DNA of 64,000 bases from an uncultured Spirochaetota bacterium (GTDB taxonomy: Bacteria; Spirochaetota; Spirochaetia; SZUA-6; Fen-1364). The stretch covers positions 704,001 through 768,000 of the forward strand of contig CAWJSK010000012.1 in assembly GCA_963845535.1 (NCBI GenBank). The letters are read 5' to 3'. The position numbers were made by a program, and so were the translations under genes. Under the pieces are notes generated by a model. That model saw only the letters and a program-made list of their open reading frames with translations, searched no databases and had not been told where the DNA came from. Shown piece after piece: positions 10,193-20,704 of the stretch (positions within the stretch are counted from its first letter, which is position 1; every line of letters starts with the position of its first letter).

Positions 10193-10224
10193 TTATTGCA
10201 CGAAAGGCCAATATCGTGCAATAA
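10193..10224. promoter_or_regulatory. Perfect 11-bp inverted repeat upstream of fic (putative operator)
   Basis: TTATTGCACGA-N10-TCGTGCAATAA; additional TTATTGCA at 10172. Confidence 0.55.
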
Positions 10225-10389
10225 GGGGTGCCTATTGGCCCTGCGGCCATTCCTCCAGGCCGGTTCTGACGATCTTTTCGCAGTGTCGAAATAGAAACGA
10301 CAGACTGGATGTTTACCATCGTTCAGCAATCGTTCGGGACTCTTTTGTGATCTTCCCGACTTACAATCGTAGCCGAGGAGGGTCGCATT

Positions 10390-11420
10390 TTGACATCACG
10401 CGCAAAGGCTTCCCTGTCTGTTTTTGTCCTGGTTCTTTCTGCGCTCCCAACTCTGTTTGCGGAGCAGCAAGAGCAGCGAGCGCCGGCAGGCTTCGCCGTC
10501 GTGGAGCTGTTCACCTCCGAAGGTTGCTCAAGCTGCCCGCCGGCAGACGAGGCGCTCTCAAAGCTCGTTCGTGAAGCTGATCAGCAGAAGCTCCCCATCT
10601 ACGCTTTGGAATGGCACGTGGACTACTGGGATTACCTCGGGTGGAAGGACCGCTGGGACTCACGCTTTGCAACGCAGCGCCAGTACGCCTACGCCCGCGT
10701 CCTGCCGTCTTCGGTGTACACGCCACAAGTGGTCATCAACGGGCGCACGGTGCCCGCTTATGCCGGAGACCTGCATGAGCTTGAAGCGGACGCTCGTTCG
10801 GAAGCCAATCACCCCGCGGAGGGGACATTAGGCCTGACTGCTCGCCAGGAATCTCCCACGTCGGTCCGGATCAACTTGAGTGTGGCGGGCTCTCCCGCGG
10901 ACGCGAAGGTTCTTCTGGTCGAGGTTGAAGGCGATCTCAAGGCGAAGCCGACCGCCGGTGAGAATGCGGGGCGCAGCCTTGTGCATTCAAATGTCGTGAG
11001 GGCTGCGCAGATTGTGCCAGCCGCAAGCGGGGAAGTGATGATGGAAGTCCCGCCCTCGAGCCCGGGGACGACGCGTCGCATCATCGCCCTATTGCAGAAT
11101 CCTTCAACCCTGCGCATCTTCGCCGCAGCCGCGGCGTCACTGGCGCCGAGCAACGGAAGTGAGCTAAGCGGCAGGATATCGACGCTGCGGGAAAGCCCGT
11201 GTCGGGAGCGCTGATACAGGCTTGCAGCGGACGGTTGTGCATTCCAGCAACCACGGATGCAGCGGGGTACTTCACGCTCGCCGGAATGCAGCCGGGAAGC
11301 TACGAGATCGATTTCGCTTCGTCAGCAGCGGCGAGCATCCGCTATTTCGAACATCCGGCGGCAATCCAGATCGAGAAGACTGTTTGGCGGTCCGCGGCGA
11401 ACGCCGGAAAATCCGATTGA
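10390..11420 (+). CDS. DUF1223 thioredoxin-like secreted protein with carboxypeptidase-regulatory-like C-terminal domain (frameshift ~11178)
   Basis: VELFTSEGCSSCPPAD, HVDYWDYLGWKD, YTPQ, GENAGR; alternate frame continues DAAGKPVSGA...TTDAAGYFTL. Confidence 0.8.
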
Positions 11421-11490
11421 ACAGAATCTTTATTCATTCGTGACCCCCTCGTGACAACTCGATCATAGCTTGAGACCTCACGGAGGTGTT

Positions 11491-12519
11491 ATGAAAGGCA
11501 TTACAGGAATCTTAGCCCCGTTTGGAGTGCTCGCCGTGACGGTCTCAGTCGCGTTGAGCGGCTGCTCTTCCACCGGGGGATCAATGGCGGGAACGCAGGG
11601 GACCATGGGACAGCAGCAGCCGATGGCAGGGTCAATGCATCCCATGATGGCGATGGATCCGATGAAGGCTGAGCACGCAGTCATTGACAGGTTCAGCTCC
11701 GCGGCGGGCCATCTTCAGATGCGTGACAGCATGAACCATCTGCCCGGGCCCAACCAACCGGTGGACTTCGATGTGCCGCCGTTTGTGACAACGGGGCTCG
11801 GTCCACACGGCGAAGTAGTCACCTACTACAACTTCGACGTGCAGTCCACCACGCCGGCACCGATCTATGTCCTCTTCCGCAAGGGGGAAACCGCTCCGGT
11901 TGCCGGACAGCTAAATATCGTCGACGTCATTCCCGGCGACCCGGGGTACAACGACTTCTGGCAAGTCACAAAAGTCACCGTACCCGCTGACTATGTTGCG
12001 AACACCGTGGGGAGCCTGAAAGCGATCAAAGACGCGGGCTACGCCGTCGAACCGACGAGCACGCTTGTCAACTGCCCCGTTGTTCCGGACGGCTCCACGG
12101 CGGTCCATCGCCTGAGCGGCAGTGACACGGGGCTGCACAACGGCTGGTACCGCAACAAGATCGTTTCATACTTCAACTTCAGCGAGGCGCCGCTCATGGT
12201 GACGGCGGACGGGATGGTCCCCGTCTCTCCCATATACGTGTCCTTCAACGTCAACCCGGGCAACCCCAACGGCGGGCCCGCCTCAGGGTTCAAAATGGTC
12301 ATGGGGACGATGCAGACCCACAATGTGGTTTCGACGCTGCCGGGTGACATGGAGTATTCACCCCTTTGGCTCGTGAACCCGTATGACAACATGGCATTCA
12401 ACAGTGTAATGAACCTCGACACCGCAATGAGCTCGAAAGTACTCGCGCGAGGCGTCGCAACGGTGAACTGCCCGGTCTTCTCCATCCAGAAAATGCCCAT
12501 GGGAACCATGAGCAAGTAG
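11491..12519 (+). CDS. Met-rich lipoprotein with two internal repeats
   Basis: LSGC lipobox; MAGSMHPMMAMDPM; repeated YxNF...PIYV...NIV/NVV...PGD..Y..xW...VNCPV units. Confidence 0.8.
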   Translation: MKGITGILAPFGVLAVTVSVALSGCSSTGGSMAGTQGTMGQQQPMAGSMHPMMAMDPMKAEHAVIDRFSSAAGHLQMRDSMNHLPGPNQPVDFDVPPFVTTGLGPHGEVVTYYNFDVQSTTPAPIYVLFRKGETAPVAGQLNIVDVIPGDPGYNDFWQVTKVTVPADYVANTVGSLKAIKDAGYAVEPTSTLVNCPVVPDGSTAVHRLSGSDTGLHNGWYRNKIVSYFNFSEAPLMVTADGMVPVSPIYVSFNVNPGNPNGGPASGFKMVMGTMQTHNVVSTLPGDMEYSPLWLVNPYDNMAFNSVMNLDTAMSSKVLARGVATVNCPVFSIQKMPMGTMSK

Positions 12520-12612
12520 CAAAGCCGAAGGGAGCGTCGCCGCCGCGTTTGGGGCGTAACGCTCCCACTCCCCGCGCTCGCGCCCGCGTCCCCGCTCGCG
12601 GACCAAGGAGGT

Positions 12613-14049
12613 CTATCCCGCGGTCACCTTCAACTCTCGGGCAGCCCTGACTTCGTCCAGACGTCGGACAGGGGACGTGTGCGGCGCCTCATGCAGCAAC
12701 TCAGGATGCGTAGAGGCCTCTTTGGCAATCTCCAGAAGCGCGTCAGCGAACTTGTCCAGGGTTTCCACGCTTTCGGTTTCCGTCGGCTCGATCATGAGCG
12801 CCTCCGGCACGATCAGCGGGAAATAGTTCGTCGGGGGATGGAAACCGTAGTCAATGAGGCGCTTGGAAACGTCCAGCGCCCGAATGTCGGGCGCCTCGGC
12901 AAACTTCCCCTGCGCCACAAACTCGTGCATGCACGTCCTGTCACCATGGGGAATGGGGTAAGCGCCTTTCAGCCGCGCCTGCAGGTAGTTGGCGTTCAGC
13001 ACCGCATTTTCAGCAACAGCGCGCAGGCCCTCGGCGCCGAGCATGCGGATATACACGTAGGCGCGCACGAGGATGCCGAAGTTGCCGTGGAAGCTCTTGA
13101 TTCGGCCGATGGATTTCGCGGGCATGCACCAATCGTAGGGCGCCTGCGCGGACGCCCTCCTGACAATCGGTCCCGGCAGATAGTCGGCAAGCATCTGCGT
13201 CACGCCCACCGCGCCCGCTCCCGGGCCGCCGCCCCCGTGCGGGGTGGAGAACGTCTTGTGGAGGTTGAAATGCATCACGTCAATCCCCATGGTCCCGGGG
13301 CGGGCCACTCCGAGGATGGCGTTGAAGTTTGCCCCGTCCCCGTACACCAGACCGCCGGCTTCATGCACGAGCCGTGTGACCTCCAGGAGGTTCTCTTCAA
13401 ACAGGCCGAGCGTGTTCGGGTTTGTCAGCATGAGCCCGGCAACGCAATCATCAAGGCTCGCCTTCAAGCGGCTCAAGTCGATGTTGCCCCTGGCGTCGGA
13501 GGGGATCTCCACCACTTCCAGGCCGGCCATTGCCGTGGAGGCGGGATTGGTGCCGTGGGCGGAGTCAGGGACGAGGATCCGGGTGCGCCCCGTCTGCCCG
13601 CGGTCGGCGTGGTACTTGCGCACAATGAGGATGCCCGTCAGCTCCCCATGGGCGCCGGCGGACGGCTGGAGGGACACCGCGGCAAAGCCGCCGATCTCCG
13701 CGATCATGGACTGGAGGGAGTGCATGACGGCCATGGCGCCCTGCGACGTAGCCGCGTCCTGCAGCGGGTGCAACCCCGCAAACCCCGGAATGCCCGCCGC
13801 GGCGTCATTTGCCTTCGGGTTGTATTTCATCGTACATGAGCCCAAAGGATAGAACCCCGTGTCCACGGCATAATTGAGCTGCGAAAGCCGGACGTAGTGG
13901 CGCACAAGGTCTATCTCTGAGACCTCGGGGAGGGAGAGCTCCGTCCGGCAGAGGTCTGACGGGATGGAAGTCTCCGGCACGTCGCATGCGGGAAGGGATA
14001 CCCCTTCCCTCCCTTTGCGGGAGATCTCGAAAATGAGCGGCTCAGGCAT
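12613..14049 (-). CDS. gcvPB: Glycine dehydrogenase subunit 2
   Basis: [38 protein letters not shown]. Confidence 0.96.
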   Translation of the reverse strand: MPEPLIFEISRKGREGVSLPACDVPETSIPSDLCRTELSLPEVSEIDLVRHYVRLSQLNYAVDTGFYPLGSCTMKYNPKANDAAAGIPGFAGLHPLQDAATSQGAMAVMHSLQSMIAEIGGFAAVSLQPSAGAHGELTGILIVRKYHADRGQTGRTRILVPDSAHGTNPASTAMAGLEVVEIPSDARGNIDLSRLKASLDDCVAGLMLTNPNTLGLFEENLLEVTRLVHEAGGLVYGDGANFNAILGVARPGTMGIDVMHFNLHKTFSTPHGGGGPGAGAVGVTQMLADYLPGPIVRRASAQAPYDWCMPAKSIGRIKSFHGNFGILVRAYVYIRMLGAEGLRAVAENAVLNANYLQARLKGAYPIPHGDRTCMHEFVAQGKFAEAPDIRALDVSKRLIDYGFHPPTNYFPLIVPEALMIEPTETESVETLDKFADALLEIAKEASTHPELLHEAPHTSPVRRLDEVRAARELKVTAG

Positions 14050-15395
14050 GACGGCAATCCTCCAGGGCCCCGACAAATCGATCGATCTGATCCTTGGTGT
14101 TCACCTCGGTGCAGCATACGAGCATGGCATTCTTCATCTCAGGATAATCCGCGTCCAGGTCATAGCCCCCAATGATCCCGTGCTTCTGGAAAAGCCTTTC
14201 GTTGATCCGCTTGACGGGCACCGGACATTGCACCACGAACTCGTGGAAGAACTGCTCACGCGCAATCGAGTAGCCGGAAAGCTTGCCGATGGCGGATGCG
14301 GCGTAATGCGCTTTGTGCCAGCACAGCTCCGCCACTCGCCGCAATCCCCGAGGGCCCAGAGACGCCATGTACACCGCGGCCGTAAGCGCGTTCAGCGACT
14401 GGTTGGTGCAGATGTTCGAGGTGGCTTTTTCTCTCCTGATGTGCTGTTCGCGAGTGCTGAGCGTGAAGACGTAGCTCCTTCTGCCGTCATGGTCAGCCGT
14501 CTCCCCGGCAATCCTTCCGCTGGACCTGCGGATATGGTCCCTTCGAAACGCGAAGAAGCCCAGGTACGGCCCCCCGAAAGACAGGTGGTTTCCCAGGGCC
14601 TGGCCTTCGCCTGCCACCACGTCCGCTCCCAATTCCCCCGGGGGCACGAGGAGGCCGAGGGCAATCGGATTGGCAACAACGATCAGCAGCGCGCCGCAGG
14701 CATGCACTTTTCGGGCAAGATCGGAGAGCTGCCCGTGCTGGGGGATCCTCCCCAGAAAGTCAGGGTATTGCACCATGACGCACGCAGTGGACTCATCACA
14801 CAAAGACCCGAGCCGCTCGAGACCATTTGCCAGGCTCTCATCCCCGCCCAATGTGAGCCCCATGCCTTGCGTATACGTGCGGATCACGGCGCGGTATTGC
14901 GGGTTTACCCCAGGGGAAAGGAGCACGCGCCGCCTTTCCTTCTGTGCCACGTTCAGCGCCATGATGACCGCCTCCGCCGCGGAGGTGGCGCCGTCATAGT
15001 GGGACGCGTTGGAAACCTCCATCCCCGTGAGGCGCGCAATCATGCTCTGGTATTCGAAGATGGCTTGCAGCGTGCCCTGGCTGATCTCCGGCTGATACGG
15101 GGTGTAGGCTGTTGCAAACTCGGAGCGAGAAACCACGGCATCCACCACGGCCGGTATGAAGTGTTGGTAGGCGCCCCCGCCCAGGAAAGAAGGGGTCACG
15201 CCCCCCTGCGCGTTCGAGGCGGGCCAATGTCTCCATCTCGCTCAGGACCTCCTGCTCGGAAAGAGCCGCGGGAAGATCGAGGCGGGGGAAACGATGCTCC
15301 TTCGGCACGTCGTGAAAAAGCTCCTCAGGAGAAGCGACACCAACGGCTTCCAGCATGCGCGCGCGGTCGGCGTCCGTGTTGGGGATGAAGCTCAT
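14042..15395 (-). CDS. gcvPA: Glycine dehydrogenase subunit 1 (one +1 indel ~15222)
   Basis: [16 protein letters not shown]-terminus in one frame; [12 protein letters not shown] and [12 protein letters not shown] in the next. Confidence 0.93.
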
Positions 15396-15781
15396 AGCGT
15401 TTCCACGAACTTCCTGTACGCGGCAAGGTCCATGAGGGAATCGAGCTCCTTCGCATTGCCCAGGCGCACGCGCACCAGCCACCCCTCGCCGAAGGGGTCC
15501 TTGTTCACCAGCTCGGGTGACTTGACGAGCTTCTCATTGCGCGCCGTGACGGTCCCCGACACGGGGGCAAAAACGTCCTCCGCGGCTTTCACGGATTCGA
15601 TCACCATGAATGGCTTCTCCTTCGCGATCTCCTTGCCCACGGCCGGAAGGTCCGTGAAGACCACGTCGGAGAGCTTGTCCTGGGCATAGTCGCTGATGCC
15701 CACCACTGCCTCGTTTCCCTCCACCCGCACCCACTCGTGGGTCTTCGAGTAGCGCACCGTCTCGTCGAATCGATACTCCAT
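15392..15781 (-). CDS. gcvH: Glycine cleavage H protein
   Basis: YSKTHEWV, ESVKAA lipoyl-Lys, VNKDPFGEGW. Confidence 0.96.
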   Translation of the reverse strand: MEYRFDETVRYSKTHEWVRVEGNEAVVGISDYAQDKLSDVVFTDLPAVGKEIAKEKPFMVIESVKAAEDVFAPVSGTVTARNEKLVKSPELVNKDPFGEGWLVRVRLGNAKELDSLMDLAAYRKFVETL

Positions 15782-15786
15782 CCCTG

Positions 15787-16884
15787 TCACCTCCAGTGGG
15801 GCGATGTGTAGAATGGCCGCTTCACGATCCGCGCGGCCTTTGGCGAATCCCTGATCACGATCTGCGCTTCGCAGCCAATCTCCGCAAAGGCGCTTTCCAC
15901 GTAACCCATGCCCAGGAAACGACCCGTGGACGGGCTTGCAAGGCCTGTTGTCACGCGTCCGATCTTCCTGTTCCCCGCATGGATGGCGTAACCCTGGCGC
16001 GGGACCCCCTGGTCCACCATTTCGAACCCTGCAAGCCGATGCGCGAGAGGCCTTGCCAGCACGCCGGCCAGCGCCTGCTTGCCCACGAACTCGTGGCCGT
16101 CCATGCAGACCGCGGCCCGGGCGAGGCCCGCGCTGATGGGGTCCGTGCTTTCATCGATCTCATGGCCGTAGAGGGGCAGGCATGCTTCCGCCCGCAGGGA
16201 GTCGCGTGCGCCAAGACCGCACGGGAGCAGTCCGCGGGCCTCGCCCGCCGTGAGGATGCGGGCCCAGAGGCGCTCAGAATCTCCGGCGGGCAGCAGCATC
16301 TCGCAGCCGGGCTCACCGGTATATCCCGTGGTGCACAGGATGGAAGGCGCCCCAAGAATGCGGCACTCCCTGACACGGTGGAATCCCATCTCATCGATGT
16401 CCATCCCGTCGCACAATGGCTTGAGGATTTCCCGGGCGGCGGGGCCCTGGAGCGCGAGCATGCACGTGTCTTCTCCGCGATTCTTCAGAGAGACCTTCAT
16501 CCCCGCGCATTTCGACTGAAGCCACGCGAGGTCCTTGGGAGTGTTGGAAGCATTGACGATCACAAGCCATGTCTTCGGAAGATGGTAGAGGAAAATGTCG
16601 TCAATGATGCCGCCGGATTCGGAGCACAGCAGGCTGTAGTGCGCGCGACCCTCCGCAATGCGGGAGGCGTCCCACGTCTGGATCCGCTGGAGAAACTCCA
16701 GGGCATCCGGACCGGAGACCTCGAATCTCCCCATGTGGTCGATGTCGAACAGCCCAGCGGCGGAGCGGACTCGAAGATGCTCTTCACGAGGGCCCGTGGC
16801 GTATTGGATGGGCATATCCCATCCGCTGAAATCGATCATCCGAGCGCCGGACCGCACGTGCCAGTCATGCAGTTTTGTCTGCAT
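15787..16884 (-). CDS. gcvT: Glycine cleavage T protein (aminomethyltransferase)
   Basis: FSGWDMPIQY, GLFDIDHMG, GYTGE, GLGARDSLRAEA. Confidence 0.96.
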   Translation of the reverse strand: MQTKLHDWHVRSGARMIDFSGWDMPIQYATGPREEHLRVRSAAGLFDIDHMGRFEVSGPDALEFLQRIQTWDASRIAEGRAHYSLLCSESGGIIDDIFLYHLPKTWLVIVNASNTPKDLAWLQSKCAGMKVSLKNRGEDTCMLALQGPAAREILKPLCDGMDIDEMGFHRVRECRILGAPSILCTTGYTGEPGCEMLLPAGDSERLWARILTAGEARGLLPCGLGARDSLRAEACLPLYGHEIDESTDPISAGLARAAVCMDGHEFVGKQALAGVLARPLAHRLAGFEMVDQGVPRQGYAIHAGNRKIGRVTTGLASPSTGRFLGMGYVESAFAEIGCEAQIVIRDSPKAARIVKRPFYTSPHWR

Positions 16885-16949
16885 GCAACCTCCCCTTCAC
16901 GCCCCGGGCGGGGCGCATCACAAAAAGAGGAGAACGGAATTGTTCCCGT

Positions 16950-17212
16950 TCTCCTCTGTCATGTGCCTGAGAGATTGCCCCCGCACGACGGCCGCTTTGA
17001 CACTCAGAGTCTTCTGCGCCCTGCACGGGGATTGCCCCTTCGGCGGCCCGCCGTCCCTCGAGGGAGCTGGCGCGGCAACTTTCCAGAGTGCTGTCCCAGC
17101 GCGATCCTTCTGCCTGAGAGTTTCAGCGGCCCGTGTGCCGGCCCGCTGTTTGCCCCTTCGGCGACCTTGTACGCGGGCCACGCGCCCGCCACGGTTCTCT
17201 CTCGTACTGTTC
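16950..17212 (-). ncRNA. Tandem glycine riboswitch
   Basis: Two aptamers on the minus strand: GAGAGA...CGCCGAAGGGGCAA...AAACTCTCAGGC and CTCTGGAAAG...CGCCGAAGGGGCAA...AATCTCTCAGGCACATGACAGAG, directly upstream of gcvT. Confidence 0.93.
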
Positions 17213-17336
17213 TTCCAGCCGGACTTCCGGCACGGTATCACGGAGCGCGGGAGCCGTCAAGCTGACGGCGCTGAGGGCGTGCTGAGGGCGCTGAGGGTGA
17301 CTGAGCTGACGGTGATTGCGTCGAGGGGCGCCATCA

Positions 17337-18380
17337 TCAGTCCCCGGCCGGAATAGCCATGCCTTTTGTGGCGTCGAGGTCAGGAGGGATGGAGAGGAAG
17401 TTCATGGGATCAACGTAGTTGCCGCCAAGATGCACTTCGTAATGGAGGTGAGGACCGGTGGACATCCCGGTTGTTCCGACGTAGCCAATGACGTCACCGC
17501 GGTCCACGTGGGCACCCTTGTGTGTGACGACGCGCATCATGTGGAGGTACCGTGTCATGAATCCGTACTTGTGCTGAATGGCAACAAAGTTGCCCAGGTC
17601 GTCGTTGTAGCCGGTCTGGATGACGGTCCCGTTTGCCGCGGCCTGCACGGGCGTGCCCATGCCCCAGGCAATGTCCACGCCGAGGTGGAGATACCCCATA
17701 TGAGTGAACGGATGGATGGTCCAGCCGAACCGGGTGGTAATGATGCCATGCACTCCCTTGAGCGGCCAGAGAGTGGGCGTGTCGGCAAGAAGCTCTTTGT
17801 AGGTCTTCAGAACTTTGCCGATTTCGTCAAGCGTTTCGGTGGACGTGTCCATCAGGCTGGCCGTGTTCTTGAGGTCCGCCAGCTCTTTGATGTTGCCCTG
17901 GCCGGGCATCTCCTGCGACGGAAAAAGCGAAGCTACCGCGTTCGCTCCGGAAGGAGTGAAGGGTTCCTGGTTGGCCATGGACCTGCGCACGCTCTGCACG
18001 CTTACCTGGAAAGTCTTTTCGGCCTTACGAAGCGCTGACACCTGGTCCCGAAGGTCCTGGATGGCCATTTCGCTCCCGCGGAGGTCCTGGGAAGCCTGCT
18101 GAAGCCGTTCGTTCATGGGGCGGAAATGGGTGACCAGAAGCGCGAATCCGGCGAGGATGATGCCAATAAGGCAGGTGAAAAAGATGAGTGAGAAAAAGGA
18201 GATCTGAAAATTGAATATCCGGTTCTCGGTGTGAGGAATGATCATCACCGTGAACCGCTGCTTGCCTTTCCGCATTCCCGTCAGGAAGGCGTCGAAGAGC
18301 TTGACCCATGTCCTGCGCAGCCAAAGACCAACGCTTTGCGCGAACTGGTTTTCGAGCTTCTTGTACTGGGCAACGGTCAA
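17337..18380 (-). CDS. M23 family peptidase with TM and coiled coil
   Basis: HLGVDI, YLHM, STGPHLHYEV. Confidence 0.92.
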   Translation of the reverse strand: MTVAQYKKLENQFAQSVGLWLRRTWVKLFDAFLTGMRKGKQRFTVMIIPHTENRIFNFQISFFSLIFFTCLIGIILAGFALLVTHFRPMNERLQQASQDLRGSEMAIQDLRDQVSALRKAEKTFQVSVQSVRRSMANQEPFTPSGANAVASLFPSQEMPGQGNIKELADLKNTASLMDTSTETLDEIGKVLKTYKELLADTPTLWPLKGVHGIITTRFGWTIHPFTHMGYLHLGVDIAWGMGTPVQAAANGTVIQTGYNDDLGNFVAIQHKYGFMTRYLHMMRVVTHKGAHVDRGDVIGYVGTTGMSTGPHLHYEVHLGGNYVDPMNFLSIPPDLDATKGMAIPAGD

Positions 18381-18554
18381 GGACGGCTTCCGCCTTTCAT
18401 TCTTACGTTCCTCTATCTTGTATCGTTATTATCGGCGCGATATTCGCCATGAATGGGCCATGAATATCTCATAATTTTCTGTTATACGCGACATTGCGTG
18501 CAGAGCCGTTGCGAGTCAAGCCCTGTACTCGGACCTCTTGAGCTCCGGGGCACG

Positions 18555-18600
18555 TGTGAAAAGCCTTCGCAGAAAAGCGGCGGCGTGAAAATATTGCACA
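18555..18600. promoter_or_regulatory. Two 17-bp dyad sites, putative enhancer for a sigma54 activator
   Basis: TGTGAAAAGCCTTCGCA (18555-18571) and CGTGAAAATATTGCACA (18584-18600), 80-125 bp upstream of a -24/-12 promoter. Confidence 0.5.
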
Positions 18601-18680
18601 GCGGAAAACCCGCACGTACGCGTTTTTGCCGAGAACTGCCCTGAATTTGGTCTCGAAGTGGTCGATTTCTATCCCAACCC

Positions 18681-18696
18681 TGGCACGGTCCTTGCA
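18681..18696 (+). promoter_or_regulatory. Sigma54 -24/-12 promoter
   Basis: TGGCACGGTCCTTGCA matches TGGCAC-N5-TTGCW exactly. Confidence 0.88.
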
Positions 18697-18729
18697 TTAC
18701 TTGCTAGCAACAAATGCAAGGAGGCCACT

Positions 18730-19282
18730 ATGGCTAAGAAACTTATCATGGTCCTTATGGCGCTCTCACTGGCAACCGCGGCTTTTGCCAACGGCCAGAA
18801 CGAGCAGGGCCCGGGCGGGGCATTCCATGGCGACAAGGTCACCCTCAAGGGCACCGTGTCCCTTCAGAGCTTCCCGCAGACAATCCTCAAGGTGGGAGAC
18901 AAGGAATACCTGTTGATGGTTCCACCCTATCTGGTCGAACAGTCCGGAGTGAAGGAAGGGGCACAGGTAACAGTGCAGGGCTACCAGATGAACTACCTCC
19001 CGCGGTACGGATCGTCGGCGAACGACAAGAACCTGACCGGCCTTTTCGTCACCCATGGCCACGGTTGGGGGAAAAGACTATGACTTGTCCAACTACGGCC
19101 CAGGGTACGGCCCCCGCGGGTATGGCCCGGGTTACGGGATGATGGGCGGCTACGGACAGGGCTATGGCCCTGGCTACGGAATGATGGGCGGCTACGGACC
19201 CGGCGGTGGTTATGGCCGAGGCTACGGGATGATGGGCGGTTATGGGGCGGGCTATGGCCCCGGCGCATGGTGCTGGGATTGA
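18730..19282 (+). CDS. Secreted protein, small OB-like domain plus Gly/Tyr/Met repeat tail (one +1 indel ~19053)
   Basis: AGGAGG RBS, signal peptide, VKEGAQVTVQGY; removing one C joins it to YGPGYGMMGG repeats. Confidence 0.75.
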
Positions 19283-19314
19283 TTCCCCGCTCCTCGCCCA
19301 AAGCGATTCTCTTC

Positions 19315-19341
19315 AGGGCCAGCGCGTGCTGGCCCTTTTTT
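19315..19341 (+). terminator. Intrinsic terminator
   Basis: AGGGCCAGC-GCGT-GCTGGCCCT followed by a T run. Confidence 0.85.
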
Positions 19342-19366
19342 GTTCAGGGAGATATCCTTGTCGCGA

Positions 19367-20704
19367 ATGAATGCATCCTCTCGTGAAACGAGATTCCTCG
19401 TTGCAGCATTCCTGGCGCTCTTCGTGGGCCTGGGCATTCTCTCCGTCTTTTTATTGACCGGGGAATCCGGCAAGGCCCAGATACTCGTGGAATACGAGGC
19501 TGACCGAATTGCGTCGACTTTGGCGGACTCCTATCGCGCGGATGGCTCGCTTGACCAGGACAAACTCGATCCGAGGATCAGGGGGTTCGGATTATATGAT
19601 CCCAACGGCGACTCCCTGGCTCGCGTCGGAGACGCCCCCGCTTCGTTCGACCTGGGAGACCCGCGTCCTGGGTTCAGCTACAACTCTGCACAGGAGCTTC
19701 TCACGCTCCAGCGAATCTTCGGCATGGGCCCCGGGATGATGGGGCCGGATCCAGAGCAAGGCCCGGAGGCCCCCATGATGGGCAGCGGCATGATGGGCCG
19801 CATGATGGGCGGCTCTCACGGGCCGTGGTCGTCAGGGCAATCGCGGCTGTTCGGGCAACCGCCCCACGGAATGCTTCACGGGCCGGCCGGGGCGCTTTTC
19901 CTCACCATGGACATCTCCGCGTACTATCGTTCCCAGCTCCTTTACAAAACCGCGGCCGTGGCGGCGCCGCTTTTGGTTGCCGGAATTGCCTCGCTGTTCT
20001 TCTTCCTCTTGTTCAGCAATCTCCGTCAAAGACGCCGAACACAGGAACAGGAGACCCTGGCCAGGCTGGGGGAGAGCGCGCGGACCCTCGCCCATGAGAT
20101 CAGAAACCCCCTCAGTGCCATTCGGATCCAGTCCGGACTCCTGCGCAGGAAGATGCCCGGCGAAGCTTCCGCCCAGCTTGACGCAATCGATGAGGAAGTG
20201 GAAAGGCTTTCGCTTCTGTCTCGCCGGGTGGGTGACTTCCTGAAGAACCCTCGAGGCGACCCTCAGAGGATCTTCCTGCATGAGTTCCTGGCGGAGTTGG
20301 CGGAGAAGTTGCCCATGCCCGTGGCATATTCCGCGGGAGCCGGGGTCCAGGAGTTGACGGTGAGCTTTGACCGCGACCTTCTGCGCTCCGCCGTGGAAAA
20401 TCTGGTTCGTAACGCGCAGGAGAGCTACCCGGATGAGGACGGCGGCCGCGACGTGGAGCTTGCGCTCCTGCGGGAAAAGGCATCGACCGTCATTGCGATA
20501 CGGGACCGCGGGAAAGGAATCCCTCCTGAGCTGCGGGAGAAAGTGTTCGACCCGTTTTTCACCGACAAGGTGCATGGCTCGGGCGTCGGGCTGTCCCTTT
20601 CACGCAGGCTTATCGAAGCTGCCGGCGGCACCCTCACTCTCGTTGCCCGAAACGGGGGCGGCACCGAAGCCCGCATAACCTTCCCGGCGCGGATTGCAGC
20701 ATGA
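19367..20704 (+). CDS. Sensor histidine kinase (ZraS-like) with Met/His/Gly-rich extracytoplasmic insert
   Basis: Two TMs; LAHEIRNPL, NLVRNA, DRGKGI, GSGVGL. Confidence 0.92.
   Translation: MNASSRETRFLVAAFLALFVGLGILSVFLLTGESGKAQILVEYEADRIASTLADSYRADGSLDQDKLDPRIRGFGLYDPNGDSLARVGDAPASFDLGDPRPGFSYNSAQELLTLQRIFGMGPGMMGPDPEQGPEAPMMGSGMMGRMMGGSHGPWSSGQSRLFGQPPHGMLHGPAGALFLTMDISAYYRSQLLYKTAAVAAPLLVAGIASLFFFLLFSNLRQRRRTQEQETLARLGESARTLAHEIRNPLSAIRIQSGLLRRKMPGEASAQLDAIDEEVERLSLLSRRVGDFLKNPRGDPQRIFLHEFLAELAEKLPMPVAYSAGAGVQELTVSFDRDLLRSAVENLVRNAQESYPDEDGGRDVELALLREKASTVIAIRDRGKGIPPELREKVFDPFFTDKVHGSGVGLSLSRRLIEAAGGTLTLVARNGGGTEARITFPARIAA

Noticed and set aside
15199..15240. Programmed ribosomal frameshift in gcvPA and other split genes
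   Set aside because: No slippery heptamer with downstream structure; the indels are scattered in homopolymers across unrelated genes.
17261..17315. Possible CRISPR or iteron-like repeats (GCTGAGGGC units)
   Set aside because: Units are ~9 bp and degenerate, have no unique spacers, and no cas or rep gene is nearby.
19094..19270. Nucleotide repeat array resembling CRISPR
   Set aside because: The repeats are in-frame coding repeats with third-position variation.
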